Positions 41,362 through 50,456 of a stretch of 64,000 nucleotides of DNA are shown in pieces; within the stretch, counting starts at the first letter, position 1; each line of letters opens with the position of its first letter. Source of the stretch: Gammaproteobacteria bacterium. Its GTDB lineage: Bacteria; Pseudomonadota; Gammaproteobacteria; SURF-13. The stretch lies in NCBI GenBank assembly GCA_003599485.1, contig QZKM01000048.1:10428-74427 (forward strand). The letters run 5' to 3'. Below the pieces are notes generated by a model that was not told where the DNA came from, did no database searches, and was given only the letters and a program-made list of their open reading frames with translations. The translations under genes and the position numbers were made by a program.

Positions 41362-41890
41362 TCAATCCACATATCCAAGCACGTCCTCATTACCGCCCGC
41401 CCAATCGGGCGGATAAATGCCTCGCTCGACCAAATGGTGAAATGTTGAATACGGCCAGTCTATCACGCGTTTGACCAAACCGTGTTTTACCGGGTTGATA
41501 TGCACATAATCCATATGGGCACGGAAATCCGCCTCGTCACGAATCAGGTGTTCCCAATAGCGCCGCTGCCAAATACCCCGCTCCCCGCGGGCGAGACGCA
41601 CCTGTGATCGTCGTTCGGTGGGCGGCAAGGCCTTGGAAAAGTCCACTTTAATCAACCGCCATCGGGTCGCAAAATCGGCATCGTTTGAGGGCAGTTCGAT
41701 CACGCAATGCAGATGATCGGGCAATACCACCCATCCAGGATGGCGAAGGGATGACGTTGCCGCACCGACTTCACCGTCTCCCGCAGCCTGTCGTAGTGAC
41801 GAGTCAGCAGGTCGTTGCCGTGCCGTTGCAGCAGGTTGACGGTGAAGAAAAAATGCCGCCTGGATGCCAGGCGCGACGGTAATCGGGCAT
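41362..41890 (-). pseudogene. REP-associated tyrosine transposase (RAYT / TnpA_REP, IS200-like HUH), disrupted by two -1 frameshifts
   Basis: The N-terminus [14 protein letters not shown], then [15 protein letters not shown]...[13 protein letters not shown], then [15 protein letters not shown]...RRYWEH...NPVKHG lie in three different frames. HUH (HLH) and catalytic Tyr (YWEH) are present. The first shift is in an A6/T6 homopolymer (41848..41853), the second near 41733..41736. Confidence 0.7.
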
Positions 41891-41915
41891 GGCGGTAGTA
41901 TCGGCATGTTCGACA

Positions 41916-41950
41916 TCCGGCGCAATGCCCTTCGGTTATTGCGCCCTACC
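41916..41950. repeat. REP element (copy c), inverted relative to copy b
   Basis: ggcgcaatgcccttcggttattgcgcc is the reverse complement of the copy b core. Confidence 0.85.
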
Positions 41951-41952
41951 GG

Positions 41953-42020
41953 GCTGGCTGAAGGCTGAACCAGCATGCGTAGGGTGAAATGCCCTTTGGT
42001 TACTGCGCCCTACGCTTGCT
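41953..42020. repeat. 68-bp direct repeat (copy 2) = MFS gene 3' end + REP copy d
   Basis: ggctggctgaaggctgaaccagcatgcgtagggtgaaatgccctttggttactgcgccctacgcttgct matches 40716..40783 nearly perfectly. Confidence 0.85.
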
Positions 42021-42098
42021 AACGCGGAGCTAAGCCGCGAGCGAAGTCAGCGCGAAGCGCTGACGCAGCGAGTCGGCTTGAGCGTCTTGTTGGGCCAC

Positions 42099-42503
42099 TT
42101 ACTTTCGCTCCAGTGAGCGCACCATTTCAGTTGCGGCCTGCACAACGGTAGACGTAGTGTTCTTTTTGCAATACGAATGCACCCACTCCATTAGCCCATG
42201 AATATCTGTAGCATCACCGAGATTTCCTAATTTTGATGAGTATAAGTTGTACGAAGACACAAACCCTGCGAGCCATTGCTGATATGTATGTGCTTGGGTT
42301 GAAAACATACGGCCGTCACGGTTCAAGCCTTCGTTTGGGGAGTTCTGCCTGAATGCCTGGACAAGAGCGCCGCAAGACGACATACCGAGGCCATAGACAT
42401 GGGTAGGTTTGATCTCGGCAGTTGCGGTGAATGGCAACGCAAAGAGCACTATCGCGAAAACAGTATGTATAGATCGAATCATAAACAAGCTCCTGTGGCC
42501 CAA
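42099..42503 (-). CDS. hypothetical secreted protein (low-GC orphan)
   Basis: 134 aa. Signal peptide MIRSIHTVFAIVLFALPFTATA. About 45% GC against a roughly 65% background. No family recognised. Confidence 0.55.
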   Translation of the reverse strand: MGHRSLFMIRSIHTVFAIVLFALPFTATAEIKPTHVYGLGMSSCGALVQAFRQNSPNEGLNRDGRMFSTQAHTYQQWLAGFVSSYNLYSSKLGNLGDATDIHGLMEWVHSYCKKNTTSTVVQAATEMVRSLERK

Positions 42504-42590
42504 CTAGAAATAGCCAGCCTAAATGATGTCATTTATTACGTCAAATAGCGCCTCTCACGGCTACCTATCGTGTCTCTTGTGGTTCGTCAC

Positions 42591-43421
42591 TCAACCCAGA
42601 AGCAGCATGCGTATGCCCAAAAAAGCGAGAAAGATAGCAAAATAGCGTTTTAATTTTTCCGCCGGCAGGGTGTGGGCGAGTTTGGCGCCGAGGGGGGCAA
42701 ACAATACACTCGCTGCGGCGATGCCGGCGAAGGCGGGCCAGTAGATGTAACCCGTGCTCCAGGCGGGGAGCGCCGGTGCGTTCCAGCCCATGACGATAAA
42801 TCCCAGTGTACCGGCAACGGCGATGGGCAGGCCGCAGGCGGCGGAGGTGGCCACGGCCCGGCGTATGGTAATGTTGCACCACGTCAGAAACGGCACGGTG
42901 AGCGTGCCGCCGCCGATGCCGATGATGGCGGACACCTTGCCGATGATTACGCCGGCGAGGCTCATGCCCGCCCAGCCGGGCAACTGGCGGTGCGGTGCGG
43001 CCTGGACGCCGAAGCCCATCTGCGCCGCGACCAGCAGTTCGAACACGCCGAAGATGACGCGCAGCGCGGCGTTCGGCAGTTGATCCACGATGTAGGAGCC
43101 GAGCAGCGTGCCCGCGACGATGCCGGGCGCAAGCCGCCGGAACACGGGCCACAGCACCGCGCCGTGCCGGTGGTGCGCGCGCACCGAGGAGAGCGAGGTC
43201 ACCATGATGGTGGCGAGCGAGGTGCCGATGGCCAGGTGCATCGTAAGCTCCGGCGCGATGCCCTGGCCGTGAAAAATGAACACCAGCAGCGGGACGATGA
43301 TGAGGCCGCCGCCCACGCCGAACAGACCGGCGATGACGCCGACCAGGACACCGGCCAGCAGGTAGAGCGCGTAGGTTTCCAAATTATTTTTATCATATCC
43401 CGCAGCTTGCTGCGGGCGCAA
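42591..43421 (-). CDS. sulfite exporter TauE/SafE family protein (DUF81)
   Basis: Two repeated halves with G-rich TM motifs (GVGGGLIIVP..., GIGGGTLTVP...). TTG start as listed; the exact start is uncertain. Confidence 0.8.
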   Translation of the reverse strand: MRPQQAAGYDKNNLETYALYLLAGVLVGVIAGLFGVGGGLIIVPLLVFIFHGQGIAPELTMHLAIGTSLATIMVTSLSSVRAHHRHGAVLWPVFRRLAPGIVAGTLLGSYIVDQLPNAALRVIFGVFELLVAAQMGFGVQAAPHRQLPGWAGMSLAGVIIGKVSAIIGIGGGTLTVPFLTWCNITIRRAVATSAACGLPIAVAGTLGFIVMGWNAPALPAWSTGYIYWPAFAGIAAASVLFAPLGAKLAHTLPAEKLKRYFAIFLAFLGIRMLLLG

Positions 43422-43645
43422 CGCCTTGGGGTTTCCAAAGGGGTGAGCCCGCGAAGCGGGCGAACGACTCGCCAGGGAGGGCGAGGCTGGGGCGGCTTCA
43501 CTGAGCAGGATAGCGCAGTGAAGCCGCTGGCAGGTTGCTGCGCTGCGCTTCCTGCTCCGCTTGCAACCCCGGCCAGCACGTCCATGTGCTGTCGTTCGCG
43601 GCTGTGCCGCTCACCCCGCGCGGATTCATTCCGCACGGCGCGAAA

Positions 43646-45013
43646 TCAAATTGACTTGATCCATATTGTTTTGATGTTCACAAATTCTCTCAAACCATGA
43701 TAAGAAAGCTCGCGCCCAAAGCCGGAATTTTTCACGCCGCCAAACGGCAGGCGCGGGTCGCTGTGCACGATGCCGTTGACGAACACCATGCCGCATTGCA
43801 ATTCGCGCGCGAGGCGCTCGCCGCGCTCACCATCGCGCGTCCACACGCTGGCGCCCAACCCAAAACCGGTATCGTTGGCGATACGGAGCGCGTCGCGTTC
43901 GTCGCGTGCACGGATCACGCACGCCACCGGCCCGAACAGTTCTTCATGGTAGGCGGGCATGCCCGGTTTGACCCGGTCCAGCAGGGATGGCGCGTAAAAA
44001 TCCCCCGGCCTCTCCAGTGGCGTGCAACCGGCAAGGGGCAACGCGCCCTGCGCGATGCTGGCCTGCACCTGCGCATGCAGGGCGGCGCGCAGATCGGCGC
44101 GCGCAAGCGGCGCGAGCGTCGTGGCTTCATCCAGCGGGTCGCCCGGCGTCAGTTGTTCTATCGCGGCGCGCAATCCCGCGACAAATTCGTCCGCCACTGT
44201 CTCGACTACGATCATGCGCTTGGCGGCGATACAGCTCTGCCCGGCATTCAGAAACCGTGAGGCGAGGCCTTGAGCCACGGCTGCGCCGAGATCGGCGTCA
44301 TGCAACACGACAAAGGCATCCGAACCGCCCAGCTCCAGCACGCATTTTTTCACATGCGCCCCGGCCACGGCCGCCACCTGCCTGCCCGCGGCGACGCTGC
44401 CCGTGAGGCTCACGGCCTGCACGCGCGCATCGGCGATCAGCCGTTCCGTGTCACGGGTCTCCATCATCAAGGCGCACAGCACACCTGGCGGAAAACCCGC
44501 GTCCGCAAAAATACGTTCGATGGCCAGCGCGCATTGCGGCACATTGGAGGCGTGCTTCAGCAGCACGCCGTTGCCCGCCGCGAGCGCGGGCACGGCGCAA
44601 CGGAACACCTGCCAGAACGGAAAATTCCACGGCATGATGGCCAGCACCGTGCCCAGCGCTTCATGGCGGACATAACTTCTGCCCGCCCCGACGGGAATCA
44701 CTTCGTCCGCAAGAAAACCAGGCGCGCGCTCGGCGTAGTATTCGCACCCCCAGGCGCATTTTTCGATTTCGTCTCGCGCCTCCCCGATGAGCTTGCCCAT
44801 TTCCTGCGTGATGAGGCGCGCCAGTTCTTGCTTACGTCCGCGCAACAGCGCGGCCAGAGCGCGCAACAGCGCGCAGCGCTCGCTCAGCGGCGCGGCGCTC
44901 CAGCCGGGTCTTGCATCACCCGCCTGTTGCAGGCAATGCTCCAGCTCCTGCGCGCTCCATGGGCTGAATTCCTTTTGGATGACGCCGGTGGCGGGATTTC
45001 TGGAGATCAACAC
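43646..45013 (-). CDS. NAD(P)-dependent aldehyde dehydrogenase (succinate-semialdehyde dehydrogenase-like)
   Basis: About 456 aa. ALDH Glu and Cys motifs (VLELGGSDAFVV; NAGQSCIAAKR). GTG start at 45013 with AAGGGA RBS. The longer track ORF to 46459 is an antisense extension over slt. Confidence 0.85.
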   Translation of the reverse strand: MLISRNPATGVIQKEFSPWSAQELEHCLQQAGDARPGWSAAPLSERCALLRALAALLRGRKQELARLITQEMGKLIGEARDEIEKCAWGCEYYAERAPGFLADEVIPVGAGRSYVRHEALGTVLAIMPWNFPFWQVFRCAVPALAAGNGVLLKHASNVPQCALAIERIFADAGFPPGVLCALMMETRDTERLIADARVQAVSLTGSVAAGRQVAAVAGAHVKKCVLELGGSDAFVVLHDADLGAAVAQGLASRFLNAGQSCIAAKRMIVVETVADEFVAGLRAAIEQLTPGDPLDEATTLAPLARADLRAALHAQVQASIAQGALPLAGCTPLERPGDFYAPSLLDRVKPGMPAYHEELFGPVACVIRARDERDALRIANDTGFGLGASVWTRDGERGERLARELQCGMVFVNGIVHSDPRLPFGGVKNSGFGRELSYHGLREFVNIKTIWIKSI

Positions 45014-45058
45014 GGCGGCCGGATTCCCTTGGAAAGACAGAAGGTTTAGTATAGCGCC

Positions 45059-47065
45059 ATGAAATGGATACACCACTGTCTGGCGGGAGTTCTGCTGGGG
45101 ACCCTCGCCTTGCTGTATCCTTCCGCCGCGCCGGGCAACGTTTTGGACGACCACGCAAAAGCCGAGCGCCAGCGCGAAGACTTTCTCGCCGCGCGCAACG
45201 CATACAAGGCGGGCGACAAAAAAACCTTTCAGCGCCTGGTGAACCGCCTGGACGGCTACCCGTTGCAAAGCTACCTGCGCTATGCCGATCTCAAGGATCG
45301 TCTGGCCGAAGCTCCAATGCGGGAAATCGAGCAGTTTATTCAGGACTACGCCCAGTCCTCGGTGAGCAGCCGCTTGCGCGCCGCGTGGCTGACGCAGCTT
45401 GCGCAACAGAAGCGCTGGGAGGATTTCCTGCGCGTTTACCAGCCCTACCCCGACATGCAGGGCGTGGCGTTGCATTGTTTGCAGTTGCGCGCGCGTCTCG
45501 CAACCGGTGACACCGAAACACCCGCTCAAGACTGGCACGACGAGATTAAGGAACTGTGGCTGGTGGGGCGTTCGCAGCCGGAGGAATGCGACGCAGTGTT
45601 TAAAAGCTGGCGCGCTCAGGGTGGCCTGACCAATGACATGATCTGGCAGCGCATCCGGCTCGCCATGGACAACCGTGAGCCGGGTCTGGCCGTCTATCTC
45701 GCCAAAGACCTCGGCGCGGCGGACCGTAAATGGGTGGAACTCTGGCGGCGCTTCCATAAAGACCCCGCCGCGCTGCTCGATCATCCCGGCCTCAGGAAGG
45801 ATCACCCGCGCGCACGCGACATCGTGCGCTACGCGATCAAGCGCATGGCGCGCGGCAACGCCGGTCTCGCCCACGCCAAATGGCAGGGCATTAAACCCAG
45901 ATATGCCTTCAGCACGGAAGAGACCGGCGAGACTGGCCGGGACATCGCCGTCGCCGCCGCCCTGCAGCACGACGCCGGCGCGGTAGCGTTGTTCGCCGCC
46001 GTACCCGTCGGCGCGCTGGACGACAACGCGCATGAATGGCGCGTGCGTTCGGCATTGCTGCAGCAAGATTGGCAGGCGGCGCTGAACGCCATCGAGGACA
46101 TGCCGGCGGGTCTGCGCGACAAATCCCCGTGGCGTTACTGGAAAGCGCGCGCGCTGGCGCAAACTACCTCCGCCCGGAAGCCCTCCTCTGCACAGTCTCA
46201 GCCTGTGTCCGCGGCCGAACGGATTTTTTCGGAACTCGCGCGTGAGCGCAGCTATTACGGGTTCCTCGCCGCCGACTGGCTTAACCAGCCGTATCAGATG
46301 AACAGTTCGTCCGTGGCGGCGAGTGAAGAAGAATTGACGGCATTGAGCCGGCATTTGGGTATCGCGCAGGCGCATGAACTGTATCAACTCGGCCTGATGA
46401 GCGAAGCACGGCGCGAGTGGAGTCACTTGCCGCGCACGCTGGACGAGCGTCAGTTGCACATGGCTGCGTCACTCGCTGCGCGCTGGGGGTGGCATGACCG
46501 CGCCATTCTCACGCTGGCCAAGGCCAAGGTGATGGACGATCTTGAGCTGCGTTTTCCGCTGTTATACCGTGAACAAGTGGTAGCCAACGCGCAAAAGCAG
46601 GATATTGACCCGGCCTGGGTATATGGTGTGATGCGCCAGGAGAGCGCCTTCGTGAGCGACGCGCGATCGAGCGCGGGTGCAATTGGATTGATGCAGCTCA
46701 TGCCAGCCACCGGAAAAACCGTTGCGCGCCTATTGGGCGACCCGATCAGACACGTGAAGGAATTATTCGACGTGGATAAAAATATCGAATTGGGCGCCGC
46801 CTATTTAAGGCATGTGCTGGATAAAAACGAACAACACCAGGCGCTCGCCACGGCGTCCTATAATGCCGGGCCGCAGCGCGCCCGGCAGTGGCGCCCGGAA
46901 CAGCAGCAACTGCCGTCTGATATCTGGGTGGAGAATATACCCTTTACCGAAACGCGCAATTATGTGCAGCAAGTCATGGCTTACACCGCCATCTTCACCA
47001 GCCGCATGGAGCAGGAAATGGTGCCTTTGCGCGTGCGCATGCCGGATATCGCGCCACGGCCATAA
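45059..47065 (+). CDS. slt: soluble lytic murein transglycosylase Slt70
   Basis: Signal peptide, superhelical N-domain, C-terminal goose-lysozyme-like catalytic motif ESAF (MRQESAFVSDARSSAGAIGLMQLMP). Confidence 0.9.
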   Translation: MKWIHHCLAGVLLGTLALLYPSAAPGNVLDDHAKAERQREDFLAARNAYKAGDKKTFQRLVNRLDGYPLQSYLRYADLKDRLAEAPMREIEQFIQDYAQSSVSSRLRAAWLTQLAQQKRWEDFLRVYQPYPDMQGVALHCLQLRARLATGDTETPAQDWHDEIKELWLVGRSQPEECDAVFKSWRAQGGLTNDMIWQRIRLAMDNREPGLAVYLAKDLGAADRKWVELWRRFHKDPAALLDHPGLRKDHPRARDIVRYAIKRMARGNAGLAHAKWQGIKPRYAFSTEETGETGRDIAVAAALQHDAGAVALFAAVPVGALDDNAHEWRVRSALLQQDWQAALNAIEDMPAGLRDKSPWRYWKARALAQTTSARKPSSAQSQPVSAAERIFSELARERSYYGFLAADWLNQPYQMNSSSVAASEEELTALSRHLGIAQAHELYQLGLMSEARREWSHLPRTLDERQLHMAASLAARWGWHDRAILTLAKAKVMDDLELRFPLLYREQVVANAQKQDIDPAWVYGVMRQESAFVSDARSSAGAIGLMQLMPATGKTVARLLGDPIRHVKELFDVDKNIELGAAYLRHVLDKNEQHQALATASYNAGPQRARQWRPEQQQLPSDIWVENIPFTETRNYVQQVMAYTAIFTSRMEQEMVPLRVRMPDIAPRP

Positions 47066-48006
47066 TGAACCTGCAACGCGTCTGCCTGTTAGGCGGCGCC
47101 GGCTTCGTCGGACGCCATCTCATCTACCGCCTGGCCGAGCGCGGCTATCGCGTGCGCGTGCCCACGCGGCGGCGCGAGCGTCATCGAGACCTGATGGTGC
47201 TGCCCGATCTCGAACTCATCGAGGCGGACATCCATGATCCCAAAACGCTGTGCCGGCTTTTTGCGGACTGCGCGGCGGCCGTCAATCTCGTCGGCATCCT
47301 CAATGAAAAAGAACATAATGGACGCGGTTTCTACCATGTGCACGTCGAGCTGGCGCACAAAATCGCCGCCGCCTGCCATAAGCAGAACGTCAAACGTCTG
47401 CTGCATATGAGCGCGCTCAACGCCGATGCACGCAATGGACCGAGCTTCTATCTGCGCAGCAAGGGACAGGCGGAGGATTTTCTGCACAATACGCGCGATT
47501 TGCACGTTACCAGTTTCCGCCCCTCGGTCATCTTCGGGCCCGAAGACAGATTCTTCAACCGTTTCGCGAAGCTATTAAGACTCGCGCCGCTGCTCCCGCT
47601 CGCCTGTCCGCGCGCGCGCTTCGCACCGGTGTATGTGGACGACGTGGCGCGAGCCTTTGTCCATGCACTGCAAGACCGGTGCAGCTTCGGCCGGCGTTAC
47701 GACCTGTGCGGGCCGCACACCTATACCCTGAGTCAGCTTGTGGAATACACGGCGAGCGTCATCGGCGCCAGGCGCCGCGTAATCGGGCTCAGTGACTTCC
47801 TCTCGCGCTGCCAGGCGCGCATTTTTGAATACCTGCCGGGAAAGCCGTTTTCCTGGGACAATTACCAGTCATTGCGAGTTGACAGCGTGTGCCGCGGCGG
47901 CTTCCCTTTCGGCATACAGCCCACGCCGCTTGAGGCTGCCGTTCCCGGTTATCTCACGCATAAAACCAGCCGGAGCCGTTACGCGGCCTACCGCAGCCAC
48001 GCATGA
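47065..48006 (+). CDS. NAD(P)H-binding epimerase-like protein (complex I NDUFA9 subunit family)
   Basis: Rossmann GGAGFVGRH; 313 aa. Confidence 0.7.
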   Translation: MNLQRVCLLGGAGFVGRHLIYRLAERGYRVRVPTRRRERHRDLMVLPDLELIEADIHDPKTLCRLFADCAAAVNLVGILNEKEHNGRGFYHVHVELAHKIAAACHKQNVKRLLHMSALNADARNGPSFYLRSKGQAEDFLHNTRDLHVTSFRPSVIFGPEDRFFNRFAKLLRLAPLLPLACPRARFAPVYVDDVARAFVHALQDRCSFGRRYDLCGPHTYTLSQLVEYTASVIGARRRVIGLSDFLSRCQARIFEYLPGKPFSWDNYQSLRVDSVCRGGFPFGIQPTPLEAAVPGYLTHKTSRSRYAAYRSHA

Positions 48007-49229
48007 AAATCTACCAGGTAGGGGGCTCGGTGCGCGATCAACTCATGGGTCTCGCGCTGCAAGACCGCGACTGGGTGGTGGTGGGCGCGACACCCGCGGA
48101 CATGGAAGCGCGCGGCTTCAAGCTGGTGGGCGCGGATTTTCCGGTATTCCTGCATCCCGAAACCCATGAGGAATACGCGCTCGCACGCACCGAACGCAAA
48201 ACCGCGCCGGGCTACAAGGGTTTCACGGTGCATGCCGCGCCCGATGTCACCCTGGAGCAAGATTTGCAGCGCCGTGATCTCACCATCAACGCCATGGCGC
48301 TGGGTGAAAACGGCGTCCTGATAGACCCCTTCAACGGGGCGCGGGATTTAAAAGACAAGATACTGCGCCACGTCTCCCCCGCCTTCGCGGAAGACCCGGT
48401 GCGCATCTTGCGCGTGGCGCGCTTCGCCGCCCGCTTCCCGGATTTCCGCGTGGCTGACGAAACCCGCGCCTTGATGCATACCATGGCCGCCAAGGGCGAA
48501 GTGGACGCGCTGGTTCCGGAGCGCATATGGGCAGAGACGGAGCGTGCTTTGGGAGAGAAAAAACCCTCGCGCTTTTTCGAGGCGCTGCGCGACTGCGGCG
48601 CGCTGGAAAAACTGTTTCCCGAACTGGCGCGACTGTACGGCGTGCCGCAACCTGAAAAATACCACCCCGAAATTGACACCGGCGTACACACCATGATGGT
48701 GCTGGACCAGGCCACGCGCATCTCGCCGGATGCGCGCGTGCGCTTCGCGGCCCTGCTGCACGATGTGGGCAAAGGCGCGACGCCAAAAGAAGAATGGCCG
48801 CACCATATAGGCCATGAAGAACGCGGCGCAGACATGGTGAAGGCGATTTGCGCGCGCTTCAAGGCGCCCAACGATTACCGCGACCTGGCCGTACTGGCCG
48901 CAAAATATCACGGCGACTGCCACCGTGCCGGCGAGCTGCGTCCCGCCACGCTGCTGGAAAAACTGGAAGCGCTCGACGCCTTCCGCCGTCCTGAGCGGCT
49001 GGATCAGTTCCTGCTCGCGTGCGAAGCGGATGCGCGCGGGAGGCCGGGTTACGAGGATAAACCCTATCCGCAGGCCGGTATTTTCCGCCAGTCCCTCAAA
49101 GCATGCAGCGCCGTGGATGTCCGGCCGCTCATCTCCGCGGGCCTGAAGGGCGAGGCCATTGCGCGAGCGCTACGCGAACAGCGTCTCCAAGCCATCAGCG
49201 CTATCCGGTCCCAGCCTGACGCTCCTTAA
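48003..49229 (+). CDS. cca: multifunctional CCA tRNA nucleotidyltransferase / phosphatase
   Basis: Head motif GGSVRD...DRD, HD domain (HDVGK). Confidence 0.95.
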   Translation: MKIYQVGGSVRDQLMGLALQDRDWVVVGATPADMEARGFKLVGADFPVFLHPETHEEYALARTERKTAPGYKGFTVHAAPDVTLEQDLQRRDLTINAMALGENGVLIDPFNGARDLKDKILRHVSPAFAEDPVRILRVARFAARFPDFRVADETRALMHTMAAKGEVDALVPERIWAETERALGEKKPSRFFEALRDCGALEKLFPELARLYGVPQPEKYHPEIDTGVHTMMVLDQATRISPDARVRFAALLHDVGKGATPKEEWPHHIGHEERGADMVKAICARFKAPNDYRDLAVLAAKYHGDCHRAGELRPATLLEKLEALDAFRRPERLDQFLLACEADARGRPGYEDKPYPQAGIFRQSLKACSAVDVRPLISAGLKGEAIARALREQRLQAISAIRSQPDAP

Positions 49230-50411
49230 TCATGGCAAGAGCCGTGATGACAGCCGCGCGCGGTCGTCCTTGAACGCGAAGCCGAGCAGCGGTGCATCAA
49301 GGCCACGGGTGAGCGCGATGGCCTTGAATACCTCGCCCATCTCATCCGGCAGCGTGAGCCTCCTGACCTGTTGCGCGGCCAGAACCCGCGTGCGCGTATC
49401 TACTGTATCCGCCGCCATCTCCGCGAGACCGCAAGACAGGAGAAAGTTCGCCTGCGTGGCATAGCCGGCGACGCGCATACCAGCTTCATGCGCTGCTCCG
49501 GCAACGGCGGTAAAATCCACGTGAGCGGTGATGTCCTGCAGGCCGGGATATAAAAACGGATCGCCGTGCGCGCGGTGGCGGTAATGGCATAGCAAGGTGC
49601 CTTGGGAGCGCTGCGGGTGGTACAGCTCGCGGCGCGGGAAACCGTAATCAACCAGCAGGATCAACCCTGCCTCCAGTAATTCCGCCACGCTCTTTATCCA
49701 GGCGCGGGCGCTGAGACTGATCTCGCCCGCAAATCCCGGCGCAAGATCGAGCGCCGCGATGCGCTGCTCCAGTTCCGCGCTGCCCGGCTTTGCGGCGCGC
49801 CAGGCAAAGCCGGTATCCTGCCACGTCACATAGAGTTCGCTCGCCCCGCTCTCTTCGATGCGGAAGCGGTGCACCGGCATGGCGTCGAGCAGTTCGTTGG
49901 CGAACATCACCCCGCGAAAACCCGCGGGCGGCAAGGCGTCGAGCCACTGCACGCGCGGGGCAAGATGGGGGACGCGCTGTTCGATCAGCGCCCGCTGACG
50001 CGCGCGCAACTCCGCGCTCAGTTCCAGAATAAAATAATGCCGCGGCAGGCAATCCATCCTCTCCAGTTCCTGCAATGCATCACAGGCCAGCGCGCCGGAA
50101 CCCGCGCCCGCCTCCAGCATGTCTCCACCACCCAGCTCCCGCAAAACCTGCGCGCACTGGCGCGCCACGCAGCGCGCGAATAGCGGCGAGATTTCCGGCG
50201 CGGTGACAAAATCGCCACTGGCGCCGAACTTGCGCGCGCCCGCGCTGTAATAGCCCAGGCCCGGCGCGTACAGGGCAAGCTCCATGTAACGCGCGAAACT
50301 GATCTGTCCGCCGCAGCCTGCGATTTCGCTGCGGATCAGTTCAACCAGGCGGCGGCTGACTTCCAGGGACTCGGCATCCGGCGCGGGTAAATTGGCGAGC
50401 GTGATATTCAT
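49230..50411 (-). CDS. class I SAM-dependent methyltransferase, MidA/NDUFAF7 (DUF185) family
   Basis: Starts at MNITLANLP... (internal ATG at 50411). DUF185-type core LLEAGAGSG... The track ORF extends upstream. Confidence 0.7.
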   Translation of the reverse strand: MNITLANLPAPDAESLEVSRRLVELIRSEIAGCGGQISFARYMELALYAPGLGYYSAGARKFGASGDFVTAPEISPLFARCVARQCAQVLRELGGGDMLEAGAGSGALACDALQELERMDCLPRHYFILELSAELRARQRALIEQRVPHLAPRVQWLDALPPAGFRGVMFANELLDAMPVHRFRIEESGASELYVTWQDTGFAWRAAKPGSAELEQRIAALDLAPGFAGEISLSARAWIKSVAELLEAGLILLVDYGFPRRELYHPQRSQGTLLCHYRHRAHGDPFLYPGLQDITAHVDFTAVAGAAHEAGMRVAGYATQANFLLSCGLAEMAADTVDTRTRVLAAQQVRRLTLPDEMGEVFKAIALTRGLDAPLLGFAFKDDRARLSSRLLP

Positions 50412-50456
50412 GGCGCGGGGTTCCGGTAATGCGCGATTTGGGTTAGGCTGTAGGCC

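Noticed and set aside
41848-41853. Programmed -1 frameshift in RAYT at the A6/T6 run
   Set aside because: No slippery heptamer or downstream structure is evident, and a second unrelated frameshift exists. Pseudogene or sequencing error is more parsimonious.
45014-46459. N-terminal 480 aa of the 937-aa minus-strand ORF 43646..46459
   Set aside because: It lies antisense to the well-supported slt gene and has no recognisable domains. The aldehyde dehydrogenase domain begins at a GTG (45013) with a good RBS. It is a GC-driven ORF extension.
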